A stretch of 63,096 nt of DNA, filler included, from Candidatus Woesearchaeota archaeon (GCA_047603125.1; 9 parts of 9 records of this genome joined end to end with filler, not necessarily neighbours in it); one strand, 5' to 3'; counted from the whole stretch's first letter, positions 1 through 11,092 are shown. Numbers and translations: made by a program. The notes: generated by a model from the sequence alone, not told the origin.

Positions 1-60
1 CCACCGGCAGCAGCACCATTACCGCCACCACCACCGGCAGCAGCACCATTACCGCCACCA
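1..60. repeat. Exact 30-bp tandem repeat x2 (GGGNGAAAGG linker on minus strand)
   Basis: 1-30 identical to 31-60. Confidence 0.95.
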
Positions 61-1529
61 TCCTCTGGAGGCAGTATTGCTTCATTAGGAGGTAAATCTG
101 ATGCCTCTGCTAAAATACCACAAATGATTTGAACTAAATCAGTACAATCACTCAAACTTTCTCCTAAACCGACACAAGTAGAAATAAAGCCATGTATATC
201 CTGACAGACGCCACCACCTAGTTCAATCTCATCAAAGTTTGGACACATGTTAGGAGTTTCCTCATAATCATCAATAAGGTCGCATGTTCTTGCAACTGAA
301 AATCCAAAGCGAAATGACACCTCAAAAGGAGATAACCCTGACGCTGACTCAATACTTGCTGTTGTATCAACACAAGAAACAAGCAAATCCCCAGTATATG
401 ATGAACTAACTGCAACTTGATCTGAAATTGCAGCTGCATTAATGGAACTACCCTGTGCATTAGTCTCAGGTAAATCAACACCACTACTTCTATTAAATTC
501 CATGAGAGGAGAAACACCTTTTTTTGATAAATTGAGCACCTGCGGATCATAACCCAATGGTGCAAAAACAGGATTACATACACTTGCAAAATCAGTCGAA
601 GAGGGAGCAAAAGAAACAGTATCTTTTACATCATTCCAAGAACCAGATGGAATTGGCGGAATAGTGCGTAAATCTCTATTAACTGCAACACAGTGATTCG
701 TTGCGCGCATTTTTCGCACGTATGTATTATTAATCACAGTCGTCTCCAATTCAGGTTCAACACTACATTCAACTCCCGAACTATAAAAAACCACATCATT
801 TAAGTGTTGAGCAATAGTTTGGGAAGCTTGTTCTATGTGATTCTCATGCAAAAACATTGTTTGATTGATCCGCTCTTCAGAAATCAACTCAGTCTGTCCC
901 GCAATAGAAATACAAGTACACAAATACCCATGACACGGACGATTCATCACATCAAATAACTCAGTAAACATTAATTGAAGAGGATTTTGCGGATAATCAT
1001 CTAAACTCCACCTCTTTATTGCATTAAAAATATACCCGAACCTGTATGGAATATACTCCTCACGTGAAATATTAATTTCTTGAACAGTATCGCCAGTACG
1101 CATTCGAACACGCAAATCCGCAATATCTACCTGTATTCTATCATCCTCCAAATTCATAAGAGAAATATTCGGTTCAGAAATATGAGTTATAGAAGAATCC
1201 CGAACCTGTAATAAACGAAAGTATTCATCAAGAGTTTCTTGCACATAAAGTGTAAAACTATTTTCTAACTGATTATGGGTTGGAAATTGCTCTTCATTAC
1301 AATACAGTGCAATAGGCGTTTTATTATCAGGACCATAGACCATATTATTTATTGCAAACTCGCTCAAGCCGGTGTGAAGTCCTCGAGTGATTGCTACTTG
1401 AGATTCCGACTCAAATGCTGCCATACTATCAACATCCGGAGTAAAAACACCATACTGCGTAAATAACACACCCGTTGCAAAAATTGCTGCAACAACAAGA
1501 AGTGCTGCAGACGCGTTTGCTTTGCTCAT
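1..1529 (-). CDS. Secreted/surface protein, 3'-partial (runs off window), Cys-containing with Gly-rich linker
   Basis: Absent from the ORF track; translated by hand at both ends. ATG at 1529 gives MSKANASAALLVVAAIFATGVLF (signal/TM); TTTATAAA box at 1552-1559; same frame reads GGGNGAAAGG repeats at the window start. Confidence 0.8.
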   Translation of the reverse strand, partial: MSKANASAALLVVAAIFATGVLFTQYGVFTPDVDSMAAFESESQVAITRGLHTGLSEFAINNMVYGPDNKTPIALYCNEEQFPTHNQLENSFTLYVQETLDEYFRLLQVRDSSITHISEPNISLMNLEDDRIQVDIADLRVRMRTGDTVQEINISREEYIPYRFGYIFNAIKRWSLDDYPQNPLQLMFTELFDVMNRPCHGYLCTCISIAGQTELISEERINQTMFLHENHIEQASQTIAQHLNDVVFYSSGVECSVEPELETTVINNTYVRKMRATNHCVAVNRDLRTIPPIPSGSWNDVKDTVSFAPSSTDFASVCNPVFAPLGYDPQVLNLSKKGVSPLMEFNRSSGVDLPETNAQGSSINAAAISDQVAVSSSYTGDLLVSCVDTTASIESASGLSPFEVSFRFGFSVARTCDLIDDYEETPNMCPNFDEIELGGGVCQDIHGFISTCVGLGESLSDCTDLVQIICGILAEASDLPPNEAILPPEDGGGNGAAAGGGGGNGAAAG

Positions 1530-1613
1530 ACACTAACAACTGGCGTTTGATTTTATAAAGATTGTCTTTTTTGGCAGATATAGACCCTTTTTACGAGTTA
1601 ATCCTCAACAGTT

Positions 1614-4600
1614 TTATCGAGAAAAACGCGCAGTCACAGTATGCGACTCATCCATTGTAATCGTACATTCATATTCTGAACCATTGCAAGCACCGCCCCA
1701 GCCATCAAATTTACTATATCCCAACCACGTAGCCGGAGTCGCCGTCAAATGAACAACTGAACCATAAGAAATATCTTGAACTAGACGCGAACAATCTTCA
1801 TTACAATTACGTCCGGGGCTTACATCAATCGATCCAGATCCACTCTCTTTTATGACTGTCAACGTATAAGAATCTGGCGGAGGACATTCACCCCATCGCG
1901 GTTTTCGCTCATTTGGTAAATGTGTTGAAAATTCATGCGGTTCTGATTGAAAATTCTGTACGCACCAATTATTAATGTTGTGAGAAAACGGTGAACCTAT
2001 AAACATACGAGCCATGCCTGTGATTGGATTTATTGATTCAACAGAGGAAACATCCCAATTATTCAAAGGTCGATTAAAAGAAGAAGCATCCCGAAACATA
2101 GAATGCATGTTTTCTACAGAAGAAACATCCCAAACATTCAATGGCTGGTCAAAAGAACGCGCAGACCAAAACATTCCCCCCATATTCGTGACAGAAGAAA
2201 CATCCCAATTGTCCAAGGGTTGATTAAAAGAAGTAGCAAGCCGAAACATAAAAGCCATATCAGTTACAGAAGAAACATCCCAATTGTCCAAAGGTTGATC
2301 AAAAGAAGAAGCGCCCCTGAACATCCCACCCATATTCGTGACAGAAGAAACATCCCAATTGTCCAAGGGTTGATTAAAACTACTCGCACCAGCAAACATA
2401 TTCCACATATTCGTCACGGAAGAAACATCCCAATCATTTAAAGGTTGGTTGAAATCTCGTGCTCTTTCAAACATCCTGCTCATATCAGTTACAGAAGAAA
2501 CATCCCAACCCGAAATATCCATATCCGATACAAAATTAGAACCATACATACCTCTATTACTATGATAAAACATTCCACGCATATCTGTCACTGAAGACGT
2601 ATCCCAATACCCTATGTCTAGTTGCTCCGTAACCCAAGAAATAACTGGCGCATCTGTAAATAAACCTGCCATCGATTGTACTTGTCCAGTGAAAATATTA
2701 TTAGCATCATCAGTAAAAGTGAACATATTATCATTATCATCGTAAATGACAAAACGATACTCGTAGTTACCAATCGGGCACTGACTAGGATATGGACCCC
2801 TACACTCCCGAGCATTTTTTACACCGCCAAATAACATATGATCATCTACTATTAACATTCCATTACAACCGTCCCAACTACCAATCTTACCAACGTTACT
2901 AGGATTATAACAACGAGAATCCGCACGTTCAAAACTTCTCTCAGAAGATTGAGATTCTTCGAATGTTGCCCTAACAGAGCGATCCTTAGTTATTCTAAAA
3001 GAACAAACGGGGTTAAAACCCGCATCCGCACAATCACCTGCCCAGCCGGAAAATTGATGGCCAGGTTTCGGTATTGCTTTTAGTTCAACAAATGTTCCAC
3101 TTTCATATTCATTTAAAATTTCAGAACAAGAAGTACCACAATCATCTCCTGGTTCAATCTCAATGCTGCCCAAACCATCTTTTTTAACTCCTAACTCAAA
3201 TGCTTCATCAGAAACCTGAACAAAATCTGCACCTATGCCTCTCTGATCGCGAGAGCGAACTACCCGACAAACATTTCCAGAAGTTGAATGTCTACAACTT
3301 GATCCAGTCCAGCGTAAAAATTCATAACCAGGATCAGGTTGTGCATGTAGTGAAACAGTACCTGAACCAAGATTAACACTCCCTTCGCACACATCTCCAC
3401 AATTAATTCCTGCCAAACTTGAAATTATTGTTCCTGAACCTTGACCCACAGAAACAGATATTGTTATTTGTCTTTGTGTAAATGTCGCAGTTACTTCTCC
3501 CGATTCCGACATAGTTACAGTGCAAGTTGCTGAAGGCTCATCTTCGCAAACACCACCCCAACCAGAAAATTCATAGCGTGAACTAGGTTCTGCCTCCAAT
3601 GTAACAACTGTGTCTTTAGCATATTCGTTTAAAACCTCACTACAAGAAGTATCGCAATCTTCGCCTGAAGAAACACTAACAGTACCAGACTCTTGATCCC
3701 CTTTTTTAGTGACCCGCAACTCATACCGAGGTTGTGTCGGTTCATCTTCAAAAGAATAATATTGTTCCATAAATTCACTTGCAAAGTCTTTTTTATCAGA
3801 TGCATCGACCAATCCTCCCGATTGTTCTGTTGAAATAAGCACAAACATTTTTTCATTCTCCGTTTGATCAGAGCTCGCAAGCCATAGAAGAACACTAGTA
3901 CCAGAAGTTCGATAATCATTAAGCGTTAAATCCTCGCGAGTTTCAGACGTAAAATCTTCGAAAAAAGTATATAAAGTGTTATTTAAATCTTCATACGAGT
4001 CTTGTGCGTTATCCCCTGATACGACCACCATATATAAATGTGAAGCACCGTCTAAATAGTCTCCTGTAAAATCAATATCATCTATGTTATTTGTTTCTAC
4101 TAAACTACCAATTTGCAAAGGTAGATTATCTGACACAAGCTGATAAGAAAGAACCGAAGTAGGATATTGTGATTCGAATACACATTCGCCATCTTCTAAT
4201 ATTTGTCCTTCTTCACAAACGGGAAATAGATGCGATAAGTCAAACTGAAGATTTGAATCAGATCTCAAACACTCATCGTTAAAACAATCCATATCTGAAA
4301 TAAATTCAATATCTAGCCCATAGCTTTCTGCAGAAAGAATTTCAACAACAGGAATCGAATGTTCAATCGTTTTTGGACCTTCCGCATCATCTACACTATA
4401 CGTTTGTTCATACGTTTCACCATTAACAACCCAATTAATTGTGATATCGCCACGAAAGAAATTTCCCTCAACAGTTTCACTACGCCCATTTACTATTTGC
4501 GCCGATACAAAGAATTCATCCTCATAAATATCATATTCGATACCACGTAATTCAAACTGCGGTAAACACGAAGGACAATTTGCTAATTTATCCGCATCTG

Positions 4601-4706
4601 AACAAACGGAATCAGAACTACAAGTCTGTAAATCCACATCACAACCACTCAAAACGAGAAAGCCAAGCACTAAAAGTATAATGAAAAAGTAATTTTGCAT
4701 CTTCAT
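1614..4706 (-). CDS. Surface lipoprotein with InlB B-repeat-like domains and DUF285/BspA-like repeats
   Basis: Lipobox-like LSGC; several GxxFxGWxGxC...CTxTM beta domains; 25-aa WDVSSVTNM repeats. Confidence 0.85.
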   Translation of the reverse strand: MKMQNYFFIILLVLGFLVLSGCDVDLQTCSSDSVCSDADKLANCPSCLPQFELRGIEYDIYEDEFFVSAQIVNGRSETVEGNFFRGDITINWVVNGETYEQTYSVDDAEGPKTIEHSIPVVEILSAESYGLDIEFISDMDCFNDECLRSDSNLQFDLSHLFPVCEEGQILEDGECVFESQYPTSVLSYQLVSDNLPLQIGSLVETNNIDDIDFTGDYLDGASHLYMVVVSGDNAQDSYEDLNNTLYTFFEDFTSETREDLTLNDYRTSGTSVLLWLASSDQTENEKMFVLISTEQSGGLVDASDKKDFASEFMEQYYSFEDEPTQPRYELRVTKKGDQESGTVSVSSGEDCDTSCSEVLNEYAKDTVVTLEAEPSSRYEFSGWGGVCEDEPSATCTVTMSESGEVTATFTQRQITISVSVGQGSGTIISSLAGINCGDVCEGSVNLGSGTVSLHAQPDPGYEFLRWTGSSCRHSTSGNVCRVVRSRDQRGIGADFVQVSDEAFELGVKKDGLGSIEIEPGDDCGTSCSEILNEYESGTFVELKAIPKPGHQFSGWAGDCADAGFNPVCSFRITKDRSVRATFEESQSSERSFERADSRCYNPSNVGKIGSWDGCNGMLIVDDHMLFGGVKNARECRGPYPSQCPIGNYEYRFVIYDDNDNMFTFTDDANNIFTGQVQSMAGLFTDAPVISWVTEQLDIGYWDTSSVTDMRGMFYHSNRGMYGSNFVSDMDISGWDVSSVTDMSRMFERARDFNQPLNDWDVSSVTNMWNMFAGASSFNQPLDNWDVSSVTNMGGMFRGASSFDQPLDNWDVSSVTDMAFMFRLATSFNQPLDNWDVSSVTNMGGMFWSARSFDQPLNVWDVSSVENMHSMFRDASSFNRPLNNWDVSSVESINPITGMARMFIGSPFSHNINNWCVQNFQSEPHEFSTHLPNERKPRWGECPPPDSYTLTVIKESGSGSIDVSPGRNCNEDCSRLVQDISYGSVVHLTATPATWLGYSKFDGWGGACNGSEYECTITMDESHTVTARFSR
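2041..2610 (-). repeat. 75-bp coding tandem repeat (DUF285 units)
   Basis: acagaagaaacatccca-like motif at 2041, 2116, 2191, 2266, 2341, 2416, 2491, plus a degenerate unit near 2590. Confidence 0.9.
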
Positions 4707-4834
4707 ACGAGCTTTTCTGCAAAAACCCCTTTATATACTTTTCTGAAAAGACCGCATAGAAACCATTTCAAAAGTCGCAAAAAACAGCTCTAATACAAGG
4801 GTTGAAAAAGTTTGAACCATCCACAGAGGCGAAC

Positions 4835-5605
4835 CTAAGTGTTCTTACCAGATTCTCTCTCTTTTTTTGAATAGAGTAAAAATCCACCACCAACTAAAAA
4901 TATAAGTGCAAGCAACCCTATTATTGAATAAATCGTAGTCTTTACAAGATTTGAAGATTGCACATCCATGCGTGCTGATGAATCATCCCCATCAGTAATA
5001 TCGTCAGTAAAGTCTTCAGGAGGAACATCAGCAGCGTCATCTCTATCAGGACTCGTATCATCAGAAGTAGGTTCTTGAAGCGGAGAAGGCGATTCTAAAT
5101 CAGTAACTGAACGGTCTACAATTCGAACTTCACCAATATTTCCCGGACCTCTCGTACCAGAGGATGTCGAACTACTACCTTGTTCTTGAACCTTGTCATC
5201 TTTTTCTACAGAACTACCATGAACATCATAATAAAAATAAGCCCAATCGGTATTACTTGTATTAGACGTCACAAATAACAATTTTGTTGTCTCATTGTAG
5301 AGCGACTTATTTATATGCACCCAAATATTTAATTTTGAATCTCTAAACCAAAATCCTTCCGTTGCATCTAGAGTTATATTTTGAAATTCTCGGTCGAGTG
5401 AAGTATGATAAATACTCGCATCAAGCTCTGCAGGAACAGTATAATTACCAAACCAATAGCTCGAGTAAACACTACCGTTCAAAGTAGCTTCCGCGTATTC
5501 ATGAAATGAGTCTAATAATTGAACACCCATAACAACACAAGAACCATCCAAATATTCATACCCAACAGGGCAAACAAACTGACAAGACTCTAAACCTTCA
5601 GGCGA
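4835..5605 (-). CDS. Surface protein, 5'-partial, with acidic Ser/Pro/Asp linker and C-terminal TM anchor
   Basis: Frame open up to the gap; C-terminal hydrophobic helix followed by basic tail. Confidence 0.75.
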   Translation of the reverse strand, partial: SPEGLESCQFVCPVGYEYLDGSCVVMGVQLLDSFHEYAEATLNGSVYSSYWFGNYTVPAELDASIYHTSLDREFQNITLDATEGFWFRDSKLNIWVHINKSLYNETTKLLFVTSNTSNTDWAYFYYDVHGSSVEKDDKVQEQGSSSTSSGTRGPGNIGEVRIVDRSVTDLESPSPLQEPTSDDTSPDRDDAADVPPEDFTDDITDGDDSSARMDVQSSNLVKTTIYSIIGLLALIFLVGGGFLLYSKKERESGKNT

Positions 5606-5607
5606 TT

Positions 5608-5707
5608 NNNNNNNNNNNNNNNNNNNNNNNNNNNNNNNNNNNNNNNNNNNNTTAATTAATTAANNNNNNNNNNNNNNNNNNNNNNNNNNNNNNNNNNNNN
5701 NNNNNNN
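5608..5707. other. Artificial contig linker (also at 11226-11325, 16525-16624, 21390-21489, 48927-49026, 52757-52856, 56399-56498, 59795-59894)
   Basis: N-run, TTAATTAATTAA (stops in all six frames), N-run; 100 nt each. Confidence 0.98.
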
Positions 5708-5766
5708 TTTAATAAAAAATAGCCAACTGTCAAATGAAATTCCCGCACTAAATAGTTGACAAACTG

Positions 5767-6729
5767 TCAAACTTGGGATAAAAACGAACCTTTTTTTGTT
5801 TGAACACGCACTTGTGGCGCACTTACATGATAAGATAATGATTTAGGATCCGCTAACGTTAGCAATTCAGGATGATCTTCAATAAGACCTTCTTGTTTTC
5901 GCCTATCATACTCCTGCACTAAATACGAGCGCATGAGCGTATCTGGATGATTTGCATAAAAAGCACGTCCTTTGTGAAGTTTTCTAAAATCTTCTCCATC
6001 CCTTGCAAGAATTTGCTCTAAATCGACTTGTTTGGATAAATCACTCAATAATCGTTTTCGAATGTTTGCTCCCTCCGACTTTGTATACTCTGGAACTTCA
6101 ATTCCACGTAAACGACCACCGAGAGGATAGGTACTTCGAAACAATGTCGGCATAAGCGCCGTTGGTAAAATAAGCATATACTCAAAAGCACCCCTTGTAC
6201 CAATAAATTGCTTTGCTAAATTTGTCGGATTATCAATATCCCACTTAAATGAAGAATCAGCAGGCGTTCTGTAACGAGCAATTGCAAATTTACACTGAGC
6301 ATTCGTATCACCTTGGTCAATTGAGCGACTCAGCAAGTATAAATAATTCTCCATCTGTTCAGGTCCTGTTTGAACATAATTATAATCAGTAAACGCTTTG
6401 ATTTCTGTAAAAACCTTTCCAGCGCTTTGTGGACCTGCACGAAGACCCGGGTCCACACTATCAGGTAAGATATTTCGCACCTCACCCCAGGGAAACTCAA
6501 CGAGATTTTGAAAGCCCAAATCTGTTGGAAAACCACCATAAAGAGACGTATATGCGTGTTGAGTAAATGTCCCCATACCATGACGTCGGTGAGCAGAGCG
6601 TTTTCGTCCCACATCTCGATTTTGATTCGCTAGTTCTTCATCTCCAAATGGCAGAAGTTGTTGAGAACTGTAGAATTGCGGGGCAGAACGTAACGGATTA
6701 TACAACACCTTATTTGCTTGCCTCCCCAT
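5767..6729 (-). CDS. Hypothetical protein
   Basis: 320-aa ORF with TATA-like box about 30 nt upstream; no recognised motif. Confidence 0.7.
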   Translation of the reverse strand: MGRQANKVLYNPLRSAPQFYSSQQLLPFGDEELANQNRDVGRKRSAHRRHGMGTFTQHAYTSLYGGFPTDLGFQNLVEFPWGEVRNILPDSVDPGLRAGPQSAGKVFTEIKAFTDYNYVQTGPEQMENYLYLLSRSIDQGDTNAQCKFAIARYRTPADSSFKWDIDNPTNLAKQFIGTRGAFEYMLILPTALMPTLFRSTYPLGGRLRGIEVPEYTKSEGANIRKRLLSDLSKQVDLEQILARDGEDFRKLHKGRAFYANHPDTLMRSYLVQEYDRRKQEGLIEDHPELLTLADPKSLSYHVSAPQVRVQTKKGSFLSQV

Positions 6730-6853
6730 AGATGTATTTTTGAAGAATTCTATTTATATACTTTCAGGGAAAGAAGAATATATATTGTAGCATACATATT
6801 AAAACGCCACAATATCTTGTAGTTTGAAACACCATCGAGCGGTGATAAAAAAA

Positions 6854-6983
6854 TCCGCTCACCCGGATTTGAACCGGGAACCTCTCGGGAACTGCTCGCT
6901 GTGTTTTGTATCATTCATGCAATCTTCTTGCATCGTCAACAAACGACCTACAGCCAAGCGCTCTGCCGTTGAGCTATGAGCGG
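6854..6983 (-). tRNA. tRNA-Tyr(GTA) with 58-nt intron (6890-6947) at 37/38
   Basis: C1:G72 and A73; bulge-helix-bulge with CTGT/GCAG helix; TTCAAAT T-loop; TATA at 7009-7016. Confidence 0.95.
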
Positions 6984-7029
6984 ATAGTGATTGATGAACT
7001 GCAATCAATTTATAAAGTTTTTGTGAAAG

Positions 7030-7163
7030 TAGTCGACGACATTAATTTCGCATAACCCGGCGATTTCACGACAGTTGTCAAGTTTGCAAAATCAGAGCTG
7101 CATGAATCGCTCTGATTTTTGATTTTACGCCAAGGAGTTATGCTTTTCTTTTGCCGCTAACTA
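7030..7163 (-). repeat. Structured repeat subfamily A, short form (134 bp)
   Basis: Reverse complement of 54329-54462; TAGT...ACTA ends. Confidence 0.95.
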
Positions 7164-7209
7164 AAGACCCCCGCAATAAAAGCAGAATAAAACAAGATTC
7201 GAAGATACC

Positions 7210-8940
7210 CTATGCGCGAAAACGTTTCACCAATATTAGCGCACCAAAAAGAAGCAATAACCAACCAAACATAGACAGAATATATTGCACAAAAAACTCA
7301 TATTGCCCATAAAAAACTAATTGCTTGAACATTTGAGAACTCAAGTGCGCAGGAAAATTATCTGCAAAAAAATACATAAACGTACTCATGCGCTCTAATG
7401 GTAAAAGCATTCCTGAAACAAAAATAAAAAAGACCAGTAAAAATGTTGTTAGCAAAAGCGCAATTGATTCCTTTTGAATACTATATGCTAATAGCATCCC
7501 CAGTAATACAAAAAAAGAAATGGTTAATACCAAAACAAGCAAAATTTCAAATATAAATCTCTCAAACGATAATTGAAACAATAATGAACCTGCAACTAAT
7601 ACAAATACCACCGGAAGTAGCACAACGATCAGACAAGAAAAAAATACTGAAAAAAGATCAGAAAAAAATATTCCCCTTATTAAACGCAAACGTACATACG
7701 ATGAGCTATTTATTTGAACTAAACTAATGAAATTTGAAATAAGAAGCGAAAGAAAAATAGTTATGAGAAAAAGAATCGTAGGATAAATAGTTTGAAGACT
7801 GAGCATATTTAAACCCCTTACAACTAGTTGTGCTTGCTGTTGAGAATCCAACGATTCAAATTCATCAAGAAATTCATCATAATATGGAACATATGCAGGC
7901 TGCGCCTCATACGAAACCGGCTTCAAAAGCTGATCAATATTCACCGAGTCCACAGCCACAAAATCAGAGTTTAATCTCGCAAGTGATCGTGAATTTGTGC
8001 GCAATTGATTCTGAAATGCCGATAAATCAGCACTCATAGTATCGACCACGCGAATTTGATTATCTAAAAATGAAAGAAATGTCTCCAGACCATGCAATTT
8101 ATGATTATAATCCTCTAACTGCATGTTAAAAGATTCAAATTGTGAATTAATACCAAAATGGACAGTTCTTATTTGTGTACGAAACTGAGATATTGCTAAA
8201 AGCAAAGGTTCCTTTTGATATTCAGAAACATTCATATTCCAAAGAATTTGCTCAAAATCAAGTAAATTATCTTCAACCGAAAGCCAATGATTTGTCACCT
8301 GTTCACTCAAGTCTCTATTCACCCAATCCAAACGTTCTAAATCTTCTTTCATTACTCGAGATGTATCGCGCAATGTGTCTCTCGCAGCCTCTAGCTCAAT
8401 TTTAACTGAACGTAAAGTGTCCAAATATCTCGTAATGCTTTGGGCACTTTGTGAGAAAAAATCTTCGTACTGCACTATATTCTCATGCATATCAGAAAAA
8501 CCATCAAGCAACGACTCGGTTTGCTCACGAGACAACTCTTGATTTAACCCATCAATGGTCGCTTGAATTAATTGAAGAATTTCCCAAATCACTGGTTCAC
8601 GAGTATTATCATAATATACACGAATGTGGAAATTATCTTCAGACTCCACAACAACACAAACAAATTGAATGTGATTTTCTAATGCAAACAAACAATCCCC
8701 CAGATCTGAGTAATTGCTAAGCTGAAATTGAGTCTGAAAGCGCTGCTCATAATGAACAAAAACTGAATCTGAATCTTGCACCACCCCTATGGGAACTTTC
8801 ATCAAGCCCTCAGGATTAAATGATAAAAATATCAAACTGATAAGAACAAGTGGAACGACCACTAAGAGAGCAAGGTTTACTTTTCTTCTCAAAAAATTCT
8901 TTAAAATAGCTCCTATTAAATACCAACTAGTGTGAAACAT
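7210..8940 (-). CDS. ABC-2 type permease with long coiled-coil external domain
   Basis: N-terminal TM, coiled coil, C-terminal TM bundle with SGMLLP motif; adjacent to ABC ATPase. Confidence 0.85.
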   Translation of the reverse strand: MFHTSWYLIGAILKNFLRRKVNLALLVVVPLVLISLIFLSFNPEGLMKVPIGVVQDSDSVFVHYEQRFQTQFQLSNYSDLGDCLFALENHIQFVCVVVESEDNFHIRVYYDNTREPVIWEILQLIQATIDGLNQELSREQTESLLDGFSDMHENIVQYEDFFSQSAQSITRYLDTLRSVKIELEAARDTLRDTSRVMKEDLERLDWVNRDLSEQVTNHWLSVEDNLLDFEQILWNMNVSEYQKEPLLLAISQFRTQIRTVHFGINSQFESFNMQLEDYNHKLHGLETFLSFLDNQIRVVDTMSADLSAFQNQLRTNSRSLARLNSDFVAVDSVNIDQLLKPVSYEAQPAYVPYYDEFLDEFESLDSQQQAQLVVRGLNMLSLQTIYPTILFLITIFLSLLISNFISLVQINSSSYVRLRLIRGIFFSDLFSVFFSCLIVVLLPVVFVLVAGSLLFQLSFERFIFEILLVLVLTISFFVLLGMLLAYSIQKESIALLLTTFLLVFFIFVSGMLLPLERMSTFMYFFADNFPAHLSSQMFKQLVFYGQYEFFVQYILSMFGWLLLLFGALILVKRFRA

Positions 8941-8941
8941 T

Positions 8942-9667
8942 TTACGCTAAACCTCGATTTCCTAAAAACAGCGCATGTAAAAATGACTCTAAATTATGTA
9001 AACCGCTTTCCTTTAAAGATAACCTTATACGAAAATCATCATAAAAAGTACCCTCGTGAACCAATCCTAATTGTGAGCAGTGTTTGGCTAAATCTGAGAG
9101 AAGATGACTCGAGATTATTACTATTTTCCCTTCTTTACTTAAATATGAAATTATGTCCCAAACAAATAATTGCAATGAAACATCTATACCATTAAATGGC
9201 TCATCAAAAATCACCACATCAGGATTATGTATCAGCGATACCACTATATCAACCCTTTTTGCCATACCCCCGGATAATTGAGTTACTCGTTTATGCCTCG
9301 CGCCATTCAAATCTAATCTGCTCAATAACCAATTCATACGACGCTTCAACGCACTTTTATTCACCGACAAAAGCCTCCCAAAAAGTAAAATATTTTCTTC
9401 AACAGTTAAATGAGAGTATAATGAATTTTGCTGAGGAGAGTAACCGACATTAGTCCTCAACTGAAACGATTTATTATTTTTAATTAAAGAAACAGTACCT
9501 GAAGTTAAAGATAATTCGCCAATCAAACCCTTGATAAAAGTAGATTTACCCGCTCCTGAAAGACCCATGAGACCTAAAATATCGCCCGAAGTAAGAGTGA
9601 GATTTATGTGTTTTAATTGAAAAGACCCTTGTTTAAAAACACAATCCCTCACAACTAGCTTATTCAT
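8942..9667 (-). CDS. ABC transporter ATP-binding protein
   Basis: GLSGAGKS Walker A, LSGGM signature, IFDEP Walker B, SSH switch. Confidence 0.95.
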   Translation of the reverse strand: MNKLVVRDCVFKQGSFQLKHINLTLTSGDILGLMGLSGAGKSTFIKGLIGELSLTSGTVSLIKNNKSFQLRTNVGYSPQQNSLYSHLTVEENILLFGRLLSVNKSALKRRMNWLLSRLDLNGARHKRVTQLSGGMAKRVDIVVSLIHNPDVVIFDEPFNGIDVSLQLFVWDIISYLSKEGKIVIISSHLLSDLAKHCSQLGLVHEGTFYDDFRIRLSLKESGLHNLESFLHALFLGNRGLA

Positions 9668-9673
9668 TGTCGC

Positions 9674-11092
9674 TTACTTCTCACTAATCGTTCTCGTATG
9701 ACCAAAAGTTTCATACTTAATAACCGTTGGCGGAAGCTTTAAATCACCAAGTATGGAGAGTTTTGATTTAATAGTATAAGTAATGATTCGCTCCTCATAT
9801 GGATCAACACTTGAAAATTCCCACCGAGCAACCGTTCCTTTATGCGGATGCGTAATTATTTTTGCAGGGCGTAATGTACCCACAGCAAAGTCCTTTTCAA
9901 TTTCTGTTATGTTTGGAATTCTTTCAATAATTTTTACATCTTCAAGGTGTCGCTTCGTTCTATTCTTCACATCTAAAATAACTTTGATTTTCTTTATCGC
10001 ACCATCTGTTGAAACAGTCTCAATACGTTTGGTAATGATAATTGGTGAGCGAAACGTGTAATAGAGCACAAGTATCAAAACAACAATTGCCACACCCGTT
10101 GCTACAGAAAAGACAAAGGGTCGATAATTTCGAACAATGCTTAGCTCAATTCCAGCCCCAGGATCCAATGTGATTGAAAAGACTATATTTCCTTCCCCAT
10201 CAATAGTTTGAGACTGAAACGGAATATTTGATTGCGTAAATAAGCGCTCCATGAAATTTGTTTGAATAGTGACTACTTCTGTCGACTGCACATTCCCTCG
10301 ATTTCTCAATTGCACTACATAATCGTATCGCAAAAATTGTTGCTGATCAGTCAACACCGTTCGATGAAATTGTGGCTGGTATGACCGTATTCTCACAGGT
10401 ATCTTTTCAACCGTCCCAAGCGAAATATTATTTGCCGATAATATCACTTCAACCGAAAAATTTTGCTCAGGAGTTGTTGAATCAATTTCATAAGTAAAAT
10501 GTTGCTGAATCTGCTCCCGACCTTCTAAAACCATCGAAAATGACTCAGAAAAATGAGGACTGCGAAATGTCACTTCCAACGGGTCAATTAAAAGTGCATT
10601 TCTGTTAATAAATGTCAAACGAACATCAAATGGCCGACCCGGATTAATAACATTATCCTCACCAACACTAATGCCCGTATAAATTGAGGGTGTAAATGTT
10701 CTTGCCGTGTCAGAATGAATAACTATGTCAACATTTTGTGTATAGCGAAAATCAGTACCAATTGCTTGAACAGTTATCGGAACCGTATATCGAACACCTT
10801 TTGCCAATGAACTTGAAGGATCAAAAATGACTCGTAGAGTACGTGTCTCTCGCGCATCAACTCGAACAACAGACGAACCATAAAATAAGTTCCAAAGCGG
10901 ATCCGTCGTATAGATTGTATACCTATTCGATTGTATATCAAAGTTTGTAATTGTTAAATCAAATTCGGCGACTTCGTCCGAAAAAATTTGATTATTTACT
11001 GGCTCAATTGCCGTTATAAAGTTTGCTTGCGAAAAAACAGCTGTGCTCAAAAATATAATAAATACTATGTATAAGTAACTTCTTACGTTCAT
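9674..11092 (-). CDS. Membrane protein with Ig-like (S-layer/CARDB-type) domains
   Basis: Signal peptide, beta-rich repeats, one TM; start chosen at MNVRS. Confidence 0.7.
   Translation of the reverse strand: MNVRSYLYIVFIIFLSTAVFSQANFITAIEPVNNQIFSDEVAEFDLTITNFDIQSNRYTIYTTDPLWNLFYGSSVVRVDARETRTLRVIFDPSSSLAKGVRYTVPITVQAIGTDFRYTQNVDIVIHSDTARTFTPSIYTGISVGEDNVINPGRPFDVRLTFINRNALLIDPLEVTFRSPHFSESFSMVLEGREQIQQHFTYEIDSTTPEQNFSVEVILSANNISLGTVEKIPVRIRSYQPQFHRTVLTDQQQFLRYDYVVQLRNRGNVQSTEVVTIQTNFMERLFTQSNIPFQSQTIDGEGNIVFSITLDPGAGIELSIVRNYRPFVFSVATGVAIVVLILVLYYTFRSPIIITKRIETVSTDGAIKKIKVILDVKNRTKRHLEDVKIIERIPNITEIEKDFAVGTLRPAKIITHPHKGTVARWEFSSVDPYEERIITYTIKSKLSILGDLKLPPTVIKYETFGHTRTISEK

Noticed and set aside
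2041..2610. Regularly spaced repeats resembling a CRISPR array
   Set aside because: In-frame 75-bp coding repeats; the intervening sequences are homologous, not unique spacers
5608..5707. TTAATTAATTAA palindromes within N-runs, and ORFs crossing them
   Set aside because: Artificial linkers; ORF ends containing X are artefacts
7030..7163. Subfamily A as a classical TIR MITE (IS630-like, TA target)
   Set aside because: Terminal inverted match is short and imperfect, and B, D and E share the fold without these ends; not excluded, but unsupported
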